Positions 1 to 10,700 of a stretch of DNA of 64,000 nt are shown here, one piece after another (positions within the stretch are counted from its first letter, which is position 1; every line of letters begins with the position of its first letter). This DNA comes from Macrostomum lignano (taxonomy: Eukaryota): NCBI GenBank assembly GCA_002269645.1, contig NIVC01001975.1:152820-216819 (forward strand), given 5' to 3'. A program made the translations under genes and the position numbers. The notes beneath the pieces are model-generated. The model ran no database searches. It saw only the letters and a program-made list of their open reading frames with translations, and was not told the origin of the DNA.

Positions 1-175
1 CCAGCGTTTCCTGGCAACTCAGCAGTCACCATCTGCAGCGGCACAAGTTCCTCAGGAGACAGCGGCAGCGTCGGCAGCAGAGCCGGCGGCAGAGTCGGCG
101 GCAGCGACAGCCCAATCGCTGGGTGCAGTCAATCTAGATCGGCAAATCGGATTCAGTGTTGCAGAGCCGGACTTC

Positions 176-1983
176 ATGCGAGGACAGAGACAGCAGAGGC
201 CCTACAGAGACCTTGGTGAGTTTGGCTACCTGCCTTCTTCAAATCAGCATGCGGGTTTCGAGATAAGAGCGGAGGATCGAACAAGCTCTTCTGAATCAGT
301 AGACGAATGCAGGCTCGGCAACTCTTCGGAGCAAGAGCTGTCGAAGGATCTTGGAAGATGTTGCGTCGAGTTGAAATTCCTACCTTCTACGGGGAAAAAC
401 AGCAGTACGAGGCGTGGAAGGCAGCGTTCATGGCTTGCATCGATAGGGCTCCAGCAACACCAGAGTTCAAACTGCTGCAGTTGCGTCAGTATTTGCGTGG
501 ATCAGCGCTGAAGGTGATAGAGCACTTGGGTCATTCGGCTGCTGCCTATCAGGCGGCCAAGGAGAGATTGGAGCGTGAGTACGGCGGCAAGCGACGACAG
601 TTGGCGCACTACTTGGAAGAGCTAGATAGTTTTCCACCCGTGAAGCAGAATAGTGCCGAGGAGCTGAAGAAATTCGCAAACATCCTCGATGTGGCTGTAA
701 TTAATTTGGAAGAAGCTGGTAAGAACTCCGAACTTAGTGATGGACTGCTTTATGCTAGATTGCAAAAAAAGTTACCAGAGCCGATGGTCGCAGCATTTCG
801 ACGATGGATCTTCGAGAAGGCGAAAGCAGAAGGCGTTAGGACCCTTCGAGAGTGGGTTTTGCGTGAGGCAGAGTTCCGAACTGAGGCAGCAGAAATTGTG
901 TACGGGGTGGCCGCATCGAGTCAGGAGCAACCAAGAAAGGACAGCAAGCAGAAGGCCTTCCATGTAGCGCAGCTAAGCAAGAGCTCAAGCAAGGGGAGCT
1001 ACTCCTGTGTAGTCTGCAAGGAGGCGCACGATCTATGGAAGTGTCCCGCATTCGGGAAACTGTCGTCTGAGAACAGATGGAAGGCTGCTCAGGAAGCCAA
1101 AGCCTGTTTCCGCTGTCTTGGCCATGGTCACACCGGTATGAACTGCCGACGAGGTCGAAAGTGCGGCGTTGATGGATGCACCAAATCCCACCATCGTCTG
1201 CTGCATTCGACAGCAAGGTCGGAATCGAAAGAGAAGTCAGAAGTCAAAGCCGGTGCTGAGCAAGAAATGCAGTCGAAGCCGAAAGCTGCAACCGTGACAA
1301 TGGTCGCTAGAGAAGCCAGTGCGGTTTCACTTCGAACGGTTCCGGTCATTCTTAAGGCGAATAGGCGAGCGGTGAAGGTCAATGCCTTACTTGATGACGC
1401 CAGCACAAAGACCTATTTGAATACGGCGATAGCATCCAAGCTTGGCCTGCACGGCAAACAGGAATCAATGCAGGTAAACGTGTTGAACGGACAGGTGGAA
1501 ACCTTCATAACAGCACCAGTGTCATGCACCTTGGAGAGTACTGACGGCCAAATAAGCAAGGAGATTACTGCGCTGACGGTAGATAGAGTGACAGGGAACA
1601 TGGAAGTAGTAGATTGGCAAGAATTGGCGTCGAAATGGTCGCACTTAGCAAACATTCCGTTTCCAAGAATGCAAACGCCAGCGGAGGTTGACTTGCTGAT
1701 CGGAGTCGATCACCCAGACTTGCATGCATCACAGTTGGAAGTGACCGGCGACCCCGGAGATCCGCAAGCGCGGCTGACACCTTTAGGTTGGACTTGTATC
1801 GGTAGAGTTGATGGAGCTTCGGAGCACGCGTTGTTTGCAAACACGTTCTTCAGCCGAGGCGGGTCTGAGAATCTAGCGCCACTGTTACGCCAGTTTTGGG
1901 AAGTAGAAGAGGTGAAAGCATCGAACCATCTTCATTTACTAATGCAGAGCAGCTCGCTTTGGAAAGAACTCGATCATCGCTAA
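176..1983 (+). CDS. gag: BEL/Pao Gag-protease region (5' partial; 1-nt frame break near 352; continues into pol near 1911)
   Basis: Knuckles CVVCKEAHDLWKC, CFRCLGHGHTGMNC and CGVDGCTKSHHRLLH; protease site ALLDDAS. ORFs 176-511 and 307-1983 join as ...KDL(W)KMLRRVEIP if one T is restored. Confidence 0.9.
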
Positions 1984-4900
1984 AGTTCGTCGATGGGCGA
2001 TACCAAGTTGGCATTCCGTGGAAACCGGATGTCACGTTTAATGATAGCAACTTTGAAATGGCTATCAGGCGGCTTGCAAATACCGAGAAGAGGCTCCGCA
2101 AAGATCCGGATCTAGCAAAGCAGTATCAGGACGTCATCAGTCGCTACGAAAATGTTGGCTACATCAGAAGAGTACCGGAGCATGAGCAACAACCAGCGAA
2201 CAGGTATCACCTTCCTCATTTCCCAGTGGTTCGAATGGATAAGGCAACTACCAAGGTGCGCATCGTCTTTGATGCTTCAGCTGGCGGTGAGGAGTCGTTG
2301 AATAGCCTGATGCTGGCAGGACCGAAGCTTCAGAAAGATCTGGTTGATGTGCTCCTGCGCTTCAGGAGGCATCCAGTGGCGGTTGCTTGCGACATTTCTG
2401 AAATGTACTTGCAAATCGCGATCGCACCAGAAGATCGGGCAGCGCACAGCTTTCTGTGGCGGGACATGGATCCGACAAAGGTACCACAGACATTCGAGTT
2501 CAACCGAGTGGTTTTTGGAGCAACGAGCTCACCATTTCTGGCGCAATTCGTGACTCAGGAGCACGCAAAGAAGCTGAAGCAGGAGTTTCCATCGGCCGCA
2601 GAAACAGTGCTCCAGTCAACTTACATGGATGACTGCCTGGATTCGAAGAAGACTGATTCAGAGGCTATTCAGTTGTATCAGGAGCTGAGCCAATTGTGGG
2701 AGCGAGCTGGTATGCACGCTAGGAAGTGGATTTCAAACTCGAGAGCATTGCTTGCGTGTGTAGCACCAGAGGATAGAGTCGCGGAGGTGAGCCTGGATGG
2801 TCAGCCGTTGCCAGTTTCGAAGACGCTTGGAGTAGTCTGGAAAAGTGAGGACGATGAATTCACCTTTGTTGCTGATAGCGAGCTGAGACCAGTCAAGTCA
2901 AAGAGGGATCTGCTAAAGAGATTGGCTTCAGTGTACGATCCTCTCGGACTGATAGCACCTTTCACTGCACAGGCAAAGATACTATTGCAGGAGCTCTGGT
3001 GCAGCGGCCTTGATTGGGATGAAGCGCCGGACGAGGCTCTGCAAAAGAGGATTCAAGCATGGTGTGCTGACCTGACGAAGCTGAACTGCTTTCGAGTTTA
3101 TCGCTGTCTGCAGTTCTCTTACGTACCTACGCAGTCTCAGCTTCACTGCTTTGTCGATGCTTCGGAGAAGGCCTACGGAGCAGTGTGTTATCTACGATGC
3201 AAGTACACCGACGCCTCGATATCCGTTCGGCTCATCGCTGCCAAGTCTCGAGTTGCACCCATAGCAACTATGAGCATTCCGAGGCTGGAGCTGATGGCAG
3301 CGGTCATTGGGCTGAATCTAGCGGTCAAGATTGCCAAGGCACTAGTGATGAACAACAAAGATGCGGTATTCTGGTCGGACAGCATGAACGTTCTGTTTTG
3401 GATTCGTGGAAGAGGACGCTTCTTTAAACCGTTCGTTGCGAATCGCATCGGAGAAATCCAGCAGACAACTGATCCGAACCAGTGGAGACACGTGCCAACG
3501 GCGTGCAATCCTGCTGATCTGCTGTCAAGAGGCGCAACGATAACTCAGCTGGCCGAGGATCAGAAATGGAAAAACGGTCCAGAGTTTTTACATCACGACG
3601 ACTACAAGTGGCCAAGTACCAGGTTGGAGCGACCAGCAGACCTGGAGACGAAAGGTTCGGCGAAAGATTCAGTCCCGTCTGAAGCGGTCATGTGTGCAAC
3701 AATGGTCACCAGCGAGCAAAGAAAGCATCAAGTAGAGCGGCTCGATCCGAGCAGGTTCTCCAGCTGGATGAAATTCCTGAGGGTAAATGCCTGGATTAGC
3801 AGATTTGCCAACAATTGTCGCTTCGAACCACAGTACCAAACTCGAGGAGAGCTGCAGGCGTCGGAGCTGGAAGACGCGGAGTTAAGAATCATCAAGGATG
3901 TGCAGCAAGATGCATTCAGCACGGAGCTTTCCGCCTTGAGGAAGAACAAGAGCGTTTCTGAGAGCAGCAAGCTGGCTAGAATGCATCCCAGACTCGATCC
4001 TAGCGGCGTTCTTCGCTCAGAGAGTGGTCTACAGTTGGCCGAAGCATTGCCGGTTAGTATCAGATCACCAATCATCTTGCCAAAGTGCCATCACGTGACA
4101 GAATTGATAATCAAGCACCATCACGAAAAAGCGTATCACGCGGGCACCAATCAAGTACTTGCTGCAGTGACTGCTCGATTTTGGATCCCAGCTGCCCGAG
4201 AGGCCATCCGAGCTTGGGAAGTCAAGTGTGCTGAGTGCAGGAGAAGAAAGGCACAGCCAGCTTCGCAGTTGATGGCACCACTGCCTCCCAGTCGGCTAGA
4301 ACCGATGAGAGCATTTACGAAAGTATCAATAGATTTCGGAGGTCCATTCCTGACGAAACAGGGTCGGGGACGTGTGCGTCAGAAGCGGTACCTTGCGCTC
4401 TTCACTTGTATGGCAACGCGTGCAGTTCATTTAGAAATGGCGTACGGCCTTGATGCAAGCAGCTTCCTAAACGCGTTGTTTCGCATGATCAATCGCCGAG
4501 GTCAAGTTCTGGAAATCTTCTCAGACAATGGAACTAATTTTGTTGGTGCGGATAGAGAACTAAAGGAGCTGTGCAAGTCGATGGACAAGAACGCATTGCA
4601 GTCACGCACATCTCATGTACCGATCAAGTGGCACTTTAATCCGCCCGCGGCTCCGCACTTCGGCGGCGTGCATGAGTCAATGATAAAATCAGCAAAGAGA
4701 GCGATAAACGCGATCCTGAGATCGGCAGAAGTCAGCGATGAGCAGCTTGTAACAGCATTTACCGGAGCAGAGTCGCTGCTGAACTCACGGCCTTTGACCT
4801 ACCAGTCGTCCCATCCTGGTGACGATCCGGTCCTGACACCAGCGCACTTCCTGTACGGGCACGTTGGCGGACAGCTGGCACCGGAGATCTCGGCTGACGA

Positions 4901-5210
4901 GGTGTTCAACCCAACCAAGCGGTGGCGCTACGTGCAGCAGCTGGTGCAGTCGTTTTGGCGGCGATGGCTCCGAGAGTGGCTGCCCGGCCTCGGTGCGAGA
5001 ACCAAATGGCGGCGAGAGCAGCCCGACCTCAAGCCCGGGGACGTCGTGCTGTATGTCTGTCCGGACAGCCCTCGGGGTCACTGGCCTCTGGCTCGAGTGC
5101 TGGAGGTGTACCCGGGTCGAGACGGCCATGTTCGAGTAGCAAAGGTGCAGCTGGCGGACAAGGTTCTGACGCGGCCAATCAACAGACTGTGCCCATTGAT
5201 TACTGATTGA
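1896..5210 (+). CDS. pol: BEL/Pao Pol: reverse transcriptase, RNase H, integrase
   Basis: RT STYMDD; RNase H LHCFVDASEKAYGAVCYLR; integrase HH..CC zinc motif and D(DFGGP)-D(SDNGTNF)-E(GGVHES); no in-frame stops over 1104 aa. Confidence 0.95.
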   Translation: MGSRRGESIEPSSFTNAEQLALERTRSSLKFVDGRYQVGIPWKPDVTFNDSNFEMAIRRLANTEKRLRKDPDLAKQYQDVISRYENVGYIRRVPEHEQQPANRYHLPHFPVVRMDKATTKVRIVFDASAGGEESLNSLMLAGPKLQKDLVDVLLRFRRHPVAVACDISEMYLQIAIAPEDRAAHSFLWRDMDPTKVPQTFEFNRVVFGATSSPFLAQFVTQEHAKKLKQEFPSAAETVLQSTYMDDCLDSKKTDSEAIQLYQELSQLWERAGMHARKWISNSRALLACVAPEDRVAEVSLDGQPLPVSKTLGVVWKSEDDEFTFVADSELRPVKSKRDLLKRLASVYDPLGLIAPFTAQAKILLQELWCSGLDWDEAPDEALQKRIQAWCADLTKLNCFRVYRCLQFSYVPTQSQLHCFVDASEKAYGAVCYLRCKYTDASISVRLIAAKSRVAPIATMSIPRLELMAAVIGLNLAVKIAKALVMNNKDAVFWSDSMNVLFWIRGRGRFFKPFVANRIGEIQQTTDPNQWRHVPTACNPADLLSRGATITQLAEDQKWKNGPEFLHHDDYKWPSTRLERPADLETKGSAKDSVPSEAVMCATMVTSEQRKHQVERLDPSRFSSWMKFLRVNAWISRFANNCRFEPQYQTRGELQASELEDAELRIIKDVQQDAFSTELSALRKNKSVSESSKLARMHPRLDPSGVLRSESGLQLAEALPVSIRSPIILPKCHHVTELIIKHHHEKAYHAGTNQVLAAVTARFWIPAAREAIRAWEVKCAECRRRKAQPASQLMAPLPPSRLEPMRAFTKVSIDFGGPFLTKQGRGRVRQKRYLALFTCMATRAVHLEMAYGLDASSFLNALFRMINRRGQVLEIFSDNGTNFVGADRELKELCKSMDKNALQSRTSHVPIKWHFNPPAAPHFGGVHESMIKSAKRAINAILRSAEVSDEQLVTAFTGAESLLNSRPLTYQSSHPGDDPVLTPAHFLYGHVGGQLAPEISADEVFNPTKRWRYVQQLVQSFWRRWLREWLPGLGARTKWRREQPDLKPGDVVLYVCPDSPRGHWPLARVLEVYPGRDGHVRVAKVQLADKVLTRPINRLCPLITD

Positions 5211-5820
5211 AGGCTGACTATGACTCACTGATCGATGGACTGTAACTGTTAATCCCCGTGTCGATTCGTATTTTCATTTTCGTCATTTTGTCATTATCAT
5301 TTTTGTCGCTTTCTAGACAGTGTTTTTTTTGGTGTGCGAATGATTACTTAGTTTTATTTTGTTTGTTTGTCAAATACGTTTATTTCGGTCATGTTTAAAT
5401 TTTGAGTTTGGTGTTTGCCTTCGTAATTTAGGTTTTTAATTTTTTGGATCGATTATTATTTATATCGTAATCCAAATTTAACCATGTTGCATCGCGATTT
5501 CACGTAGTCCTTTGTCTTGTAATCATATCACTCTCTGGTAATTGGTTGATTGTCTTAAAATCATTTTCCGTGAAATGCTATACAACTGCAGTTTATGTTT
5601 TCGAACTCAAGCGCGTTTCTTTTTTTTCTACATTTTTCGTTACTGTAACAGAGCCCACCAAGACAATTTTGTTTAGTCAAGTTTTGTACAAGTACGAATT
5701 GCGTAAGTTCTGCGTTATAACTTTTTCTGCATCTTTATCTCATAGGTTTTGCTTCCACTGCCACTCATTTTCAAAATTACATTTTTGCATCATTATTTTG
5801 TTTTTGCCATAGACATGTCA

Positions 5821-5832
5821 AGGTGGGGGGTA
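5821..5832 (+). promoter_or_regulatory. Polypurine tract of the BEL/Pao element
   Basis: AGGTGGGGGGTA immediately before TGTTCTGG. Confidence 0.8.
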
Positions 5833-6353
5833 TGTTCTGGAGCTGCCACTGTCTCGTGGTATTTCTTAAACTTTTCGTTTGCAATAGCTACATGTACGTT
5901 CAATTAGGCTAACATATTTATTTTGCTCATACGTACAGTCCCTAATTATTGATCGCACCACTTTCATTCTTCACTGATCGCCCCACCCCACATTACGCTC
6001 ACGTGTATTGTACGCTTTCACTCAGCTCATTAAATATATCGACCCAGAGCATCTCGCTCAAGAGCCCCTTTTCGTTTTTCATCGTTTCAATAGCGCAGCA
6101 TATAGTTTGTCTTTCATCTCGAGTTATTCTAGCAACCAATAATAAAGTCCTCAATGCGCTGCCACCTTGTCGCTAACCCCTTCACCCGAACTCTAGTCGA
6201 ATTTTATACGAAATCACGGGTTTGAAATCATGCTGAACGCATTGCAGCAGTTTAGAATTGCCGTGTCCCCGCTAGACAGGATGCTATGATAATAACAATA
6301 AAAACATTTGCTGCCTCTGTTTATTGCCTCCAACTGGTTCGCTCTGTGGAACA
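5833..6353 (+). repeat. 3' LTR (521 bp) of the BEL/Pao element
   Basis: Starts TGTTC right after the PPT and ends GAACA (inverted 5-mer); contains AATAAA signals. The partner LTR is outside the window, so the right boundary rests on the terminal motif only. Confidence 0.75.
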
Positions 6354-6511
6354 TTCTGACTCCAGTTGCTTGCTTGACGCTTAGGTGATCCTGTGACTCT
6401 TGACTATAAAATTCTGCTTGTCAACTATTGTGGGCTTTTCCAGTGTTTGTTTGATATTCAATTCTGGAGTTTAGTACATTTTGAAATTTAAATTCGCGCC
6501 AAAATTTGCAG

Positions 6512-7693
6512 ACCTATCGATTAATTCCGGAACTATGGCGGATTCTACAAATCGCCAATCGGCCCCCACGGAGGCGCTGGCCGAACAGCTACGGATTAAA
6601 GAGCTGATACCCATTGGCAAGCCGGACTCCATCCTGCTGTCATGGATCCGGCCGTCTCACGTGCTGCCAGACAAGTACATCATCACCTACGGCGCTCATG
6701 TTGCTAAGGAGAGGGTGGCTGGCGAAATCCCCGGCAACAGGGACACCTTCCAGATCATCAATCTGAGTGAGTGGGAGCTTGGTGATGGGATCTTGAGGAT
6801 CGAATCTCGATGATGGGATCTTGGTGGTGGGACCTTGATAATGGGGTCTTGATAATGGGATATATATTAACTGAATGACGGGATAGATGGGATCTAGATG
6901 ATGGGATAAATGAGATCTAGATGGTAGGATAGATGGGATCTAGATGACGGGATAGATGAGATCTAGATGATGAGATAGATGGGATCTAGATGACGGGATA
7001 GATGGGATCTAGATGATGGGATAGATGAGATCTAGATGACGGGATAGATGGGATCTAGATGATGGGATAAATGAGATCTAGATGGTAGGATAGATGGGAT
7101 CTAGATGACGGGATAGATGGGATCTAGATGATGGGATAGATGGGATCTAGATGATGGGATAGATGGGATCTAGATGATGGGATAGATGGGATCTAGATGA
7201 CGGGATAGATGGGATCTAGATGATGGGATAGATGGGATCTAGATGATGGGATAGATGGGATCTAGATGACGGGATAGATGGGATCTAGATGACGGGATGC
7301 ATGGGATCTGGATGGATGGGATCTAGATTATCAAATCTATGTGATGGGATGGATCTGCATGTACATGACGGGATATATGAGATAGATTTATATGTGTATA
7401 TACTGTATACACATATATCTAATACACTCATATATGCACATATATCTTATCGCAGCGGTGGCTCCTGCTGGTCGGCGGCTGGCCCTTTGCGGGTTCAGCT
7501 ATGACTCAGCCGGAAGGCCGAGTGAATGAATTGACCATTAGTAGGTTATAATAAGAGGAATCAGCGATCGCGCCTTGCGGGGAATGACTGGTCGCTTGCG
7601 TGAAGCAGTGGCAGGGTTTATATTGATAAAGATAATGCATAGAGGTTTACTAATTGTTTCTTAGAAAGAAAAGTTTAATTATTGCATGTACCT

Positions 7694-7742
<49 letters not shown>

Positions 7743-10700
7743 TTGGCATGCAGTTAGCAGTTGAGCTAAGGTAATATATGATTTCTCTTTGCTTAGTCAG
7801 CCGGTGTCGGACCGTCTGATCCCAATTTTGGATATCCCCTTTTTTTAGGAACTACTAGCGCCAGAGCAAGAATGAGCTTTATTAGAGACAGAGTCAGTCC
7901 CTGCTAAGCTAACAATGGCCTAGTTTACGATGGCCTCCCTTCTCGGCTCCCCAAATCCCAACCCAATATACCCCTTCCCTTGATATTGTCGGCAAATGTT
8001 CAAAAGCTCTAGACACTCTATAGCAGTGTTACCTGTGTACCTCTGTGTGTGTGTGCTGTTTGCCATGGGCCTTGCTCATTATTGATTGCTTGCTTTGTAT
8101 AGGGTTGGATTAGAATAGTTCCTAGCTTCTCCCTTTAGCGATAAAACCTTCTAGTCTTGAATTTTCATAGATGACATTTTGCATAACGACCTACATAAAC
8201 TGGTGCTTTTCAACTTTTCCATCTTTATAAAAGATTGCTGTTTATTGGATTTTCTTGAAAGCGCGCATTTTCTAGTTTTTTGATACAATTCTCTCCATAT
8301 GATTTGGAAGTTTTTTGGAGTTAGAAAGCTGACTCATCGGGTTGGTAATCTGGAGTTTCCGTGCTATACCAGATGCTGTATTTTAGAAGTCCATGACGGG
8401 GCCGCCATTAGTCTACATGCATCCGCGAGATTTTTATCTCTTCCTCGAGAAGAGAGTAGAGAGGGATAGGAGAAAGGAGAGGCGAGGGAATAAAGGAGAC
8501 GAGATTAGATGAGGGAAGAACAAGGAGAGAAGAGAAGAGAGAACTGAGAAGAGAGCTGAGGCGAAACACAAACCTTGATTTTAGATCAACTTTGGTACTA
8601 ACAAAGTCTCAACTTAATTCTTTAAGTTCAGTAGATTTAAAATATCAAAACTGTCTTTTTAATCGGGGCAAGGGGGGCTGTGTGCATCCATGGTGGCGCA
8701 CTTTAAGCGAGAGGCATTGCTTCCAATTCCGCCGACTCCCCTGAGCAGGCGCACAAGCGCGCGGATACGTACGCAGTCATACGCACAGGCACACCCTCAC
8801 ACAGGAGTGCACAGCGGCCCTGACTTTATTAATCATTCGGCATGTACACTTCACTGTGCCTTGGGGCCGTTGGGGGCTGGCTCTCAAGGCCGTTAATTGC
8901 ACGAGCAGAGCCAAGCCGAGATTCCAATTCAGCCCCAAATTAATGTGACTGCACTTGGAATCGAGCCTGGGTCGCTGGCTCACCAGAGCAGCTGCGCTAC
9001 CGCTGGGCTACGGCCCCCTAAGCTTGGGCATTGTGACGCAAATTGCAGTGAGAAATGAACACATATTTGTAGCTGATGAGCTAAGAAGAGGCTTGAAATA
9101 ACCCACTGTTATCTCACATCTCTCTCTGCATGATTACAATTCCCTCCTTCACACTCTGCCGCTACTGCATCCAGAGATCGAGCTGTCCAGATATAAAATT
9201 TACCCCCCCCCAGCTGTCTGTTGCCACGGAAGGAAAATACGCGCATAGTTTGCCTAGCTAGCAGTAATATTTGTAGTTTTGCTTTCCCTCTGACGATCTC
9301 TGTTCCTCTTGCTTGCTGCCGGGTGTCAGAAGGTTGACCTTAGCCTTGAAAAAGCGCAGCAGAAGAAATGCCACAAAAGCAGGCAGATTGCGCTGAGATT
9401 GTTGCAATTGTTGCTTTTCTTACCTGTCAGCTGTTGTGTGCCCGTCTGGCCGTGGCATTTCCTCCGACGCAGCTGATTAGGCTACACGGTTTAGGCGAGC
9501 ATATCTGATATTCAATTATGTTTGTTTTATCGAAGTGCCTGTTGAGGGCGTCTTTAGCTAAGGTGAATACACTATCAATATAAAATTGGAATATGATTTA
9601 TATGCCACTTAGCCTTTCTGCACCTTTTGCAAACGTAATATTCTGAATGCACTACTGACAAGCCGGTAATAAGTAGTAATATAAACATTTTATCTTTTTC
9701 AGAGCCCAACACTCGCTACTTCATCTGCATTACGGCACTGAAGGGCAATCTTCACTTTGAGACGCTTGTGGAAGCTCGGACCAGGGGCTCAAAAGGTTTG
9801 CCACTGTTTGTAGCTGTGAAAAGTTTCATTACGAGTACTAAGCTTGTTTACTTTTATCTAATTATGCGCCCACCGTTTCATATTTCAGATGATCCCAATA
9901 GTGAGTGGGTCTTGGCCATAGACTGCTGCGCTGTTAGGTTTTATGAGACTCTCCTACGACTGTTGGACTGATAGTTTGATTAATAGCAGTATCTATGTAA
10001 ATTGACATGTAGATTGATATGCAAATGCACATGTATACAGTCATGTAGACTGACAGGTAGATAGATAGTTTGATGGATAGATTATCGAATAGTAATATAT
10101 GTAAATAGACATGTAGATAGATACAAAGACAGACAGGTAGATAGGCATTTAAATATACAGGTAGACATGTAGACAGACAGGTAGATAGGCATGTAGATAG
10201 ACAGATCGACAGACAGGTAGACAAGCAAATAGACAGGCAGGTAGACTGATAGGTGGACAGACAGGTAAATAGACAGGTAGACAGGCAGCCAGGTAGATAG
10301 ACAGGTAGACAGTAGACAGACAGACAGGTAGACAGACAGAGAGACAGGTAGACAGACAGACAGACAGACAGACAGGTAGACAGGTAGACAGACCGCTTCT
10401 TTCCGGTTTTCCCTCAGCCGAACGCCCGCTGCCGCAGGTGCCAATGGCGTTGAAGGCCACGCAGGTGGGCAGCCGCAATGCGACAGTCTCCTGGACGGAT
10501 CAGCAGGCCGACCAGCCGTCTAGCGGCCGCCGAATCTACGAGGTTGAGTGGTCGCTGGAGACGGCCGAGCAGCAGCCGCAGCCGCAGACTCCGTCATCCT
10601 GGCGTTTGAACACCAGCGAGCTGAGCGCGAGACTTGTCGGCCTGCGGCCCAGCACCGCCTATTCGGTTCGGGTCCGCTGCCTGGCCCTGGCCTCGGACCA

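Larger units (their letters stand above)
1..6353 (+). mobile_element. BEL/Pao LTR retrotransposon (5' LTR and gag start lie outside the window)
   Basis: Order gag (three Cys/His knuckles)-protease-RT (YMDD)-RNase H-integrase, then a polypurine tract and a TG...CA LTR. Pao-type gag (IPTFYG...W..F) and integrase C-terminus (W..FW.RW..EWL..L..R.KW). Confidence 0.95.

Noticed and set aside
1381-1410. Protease motif LLDDAS instead of D(T/S)G as a sign of inactivation
   Set aside because: As I recall, this variant is common in BEL/Pao elements of aquatic invertebrates, so it is not evidence of decay.
1896-1983. Programmed -1 gag-pol frameshift
   Set aside because: No X XXY YYZ slippery heptamer at the junction, BEL/Pao elements usually have one ORF, and the break matches the window-wide missing-base pattern.
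5546-5812. Possible env-like ORF between pol and the LTR
   Set aside because: Only 88 codons with a TTG start, explained by T-rich 3' UTR composition; no signal peptide, furin site or fusion-protein pattern.
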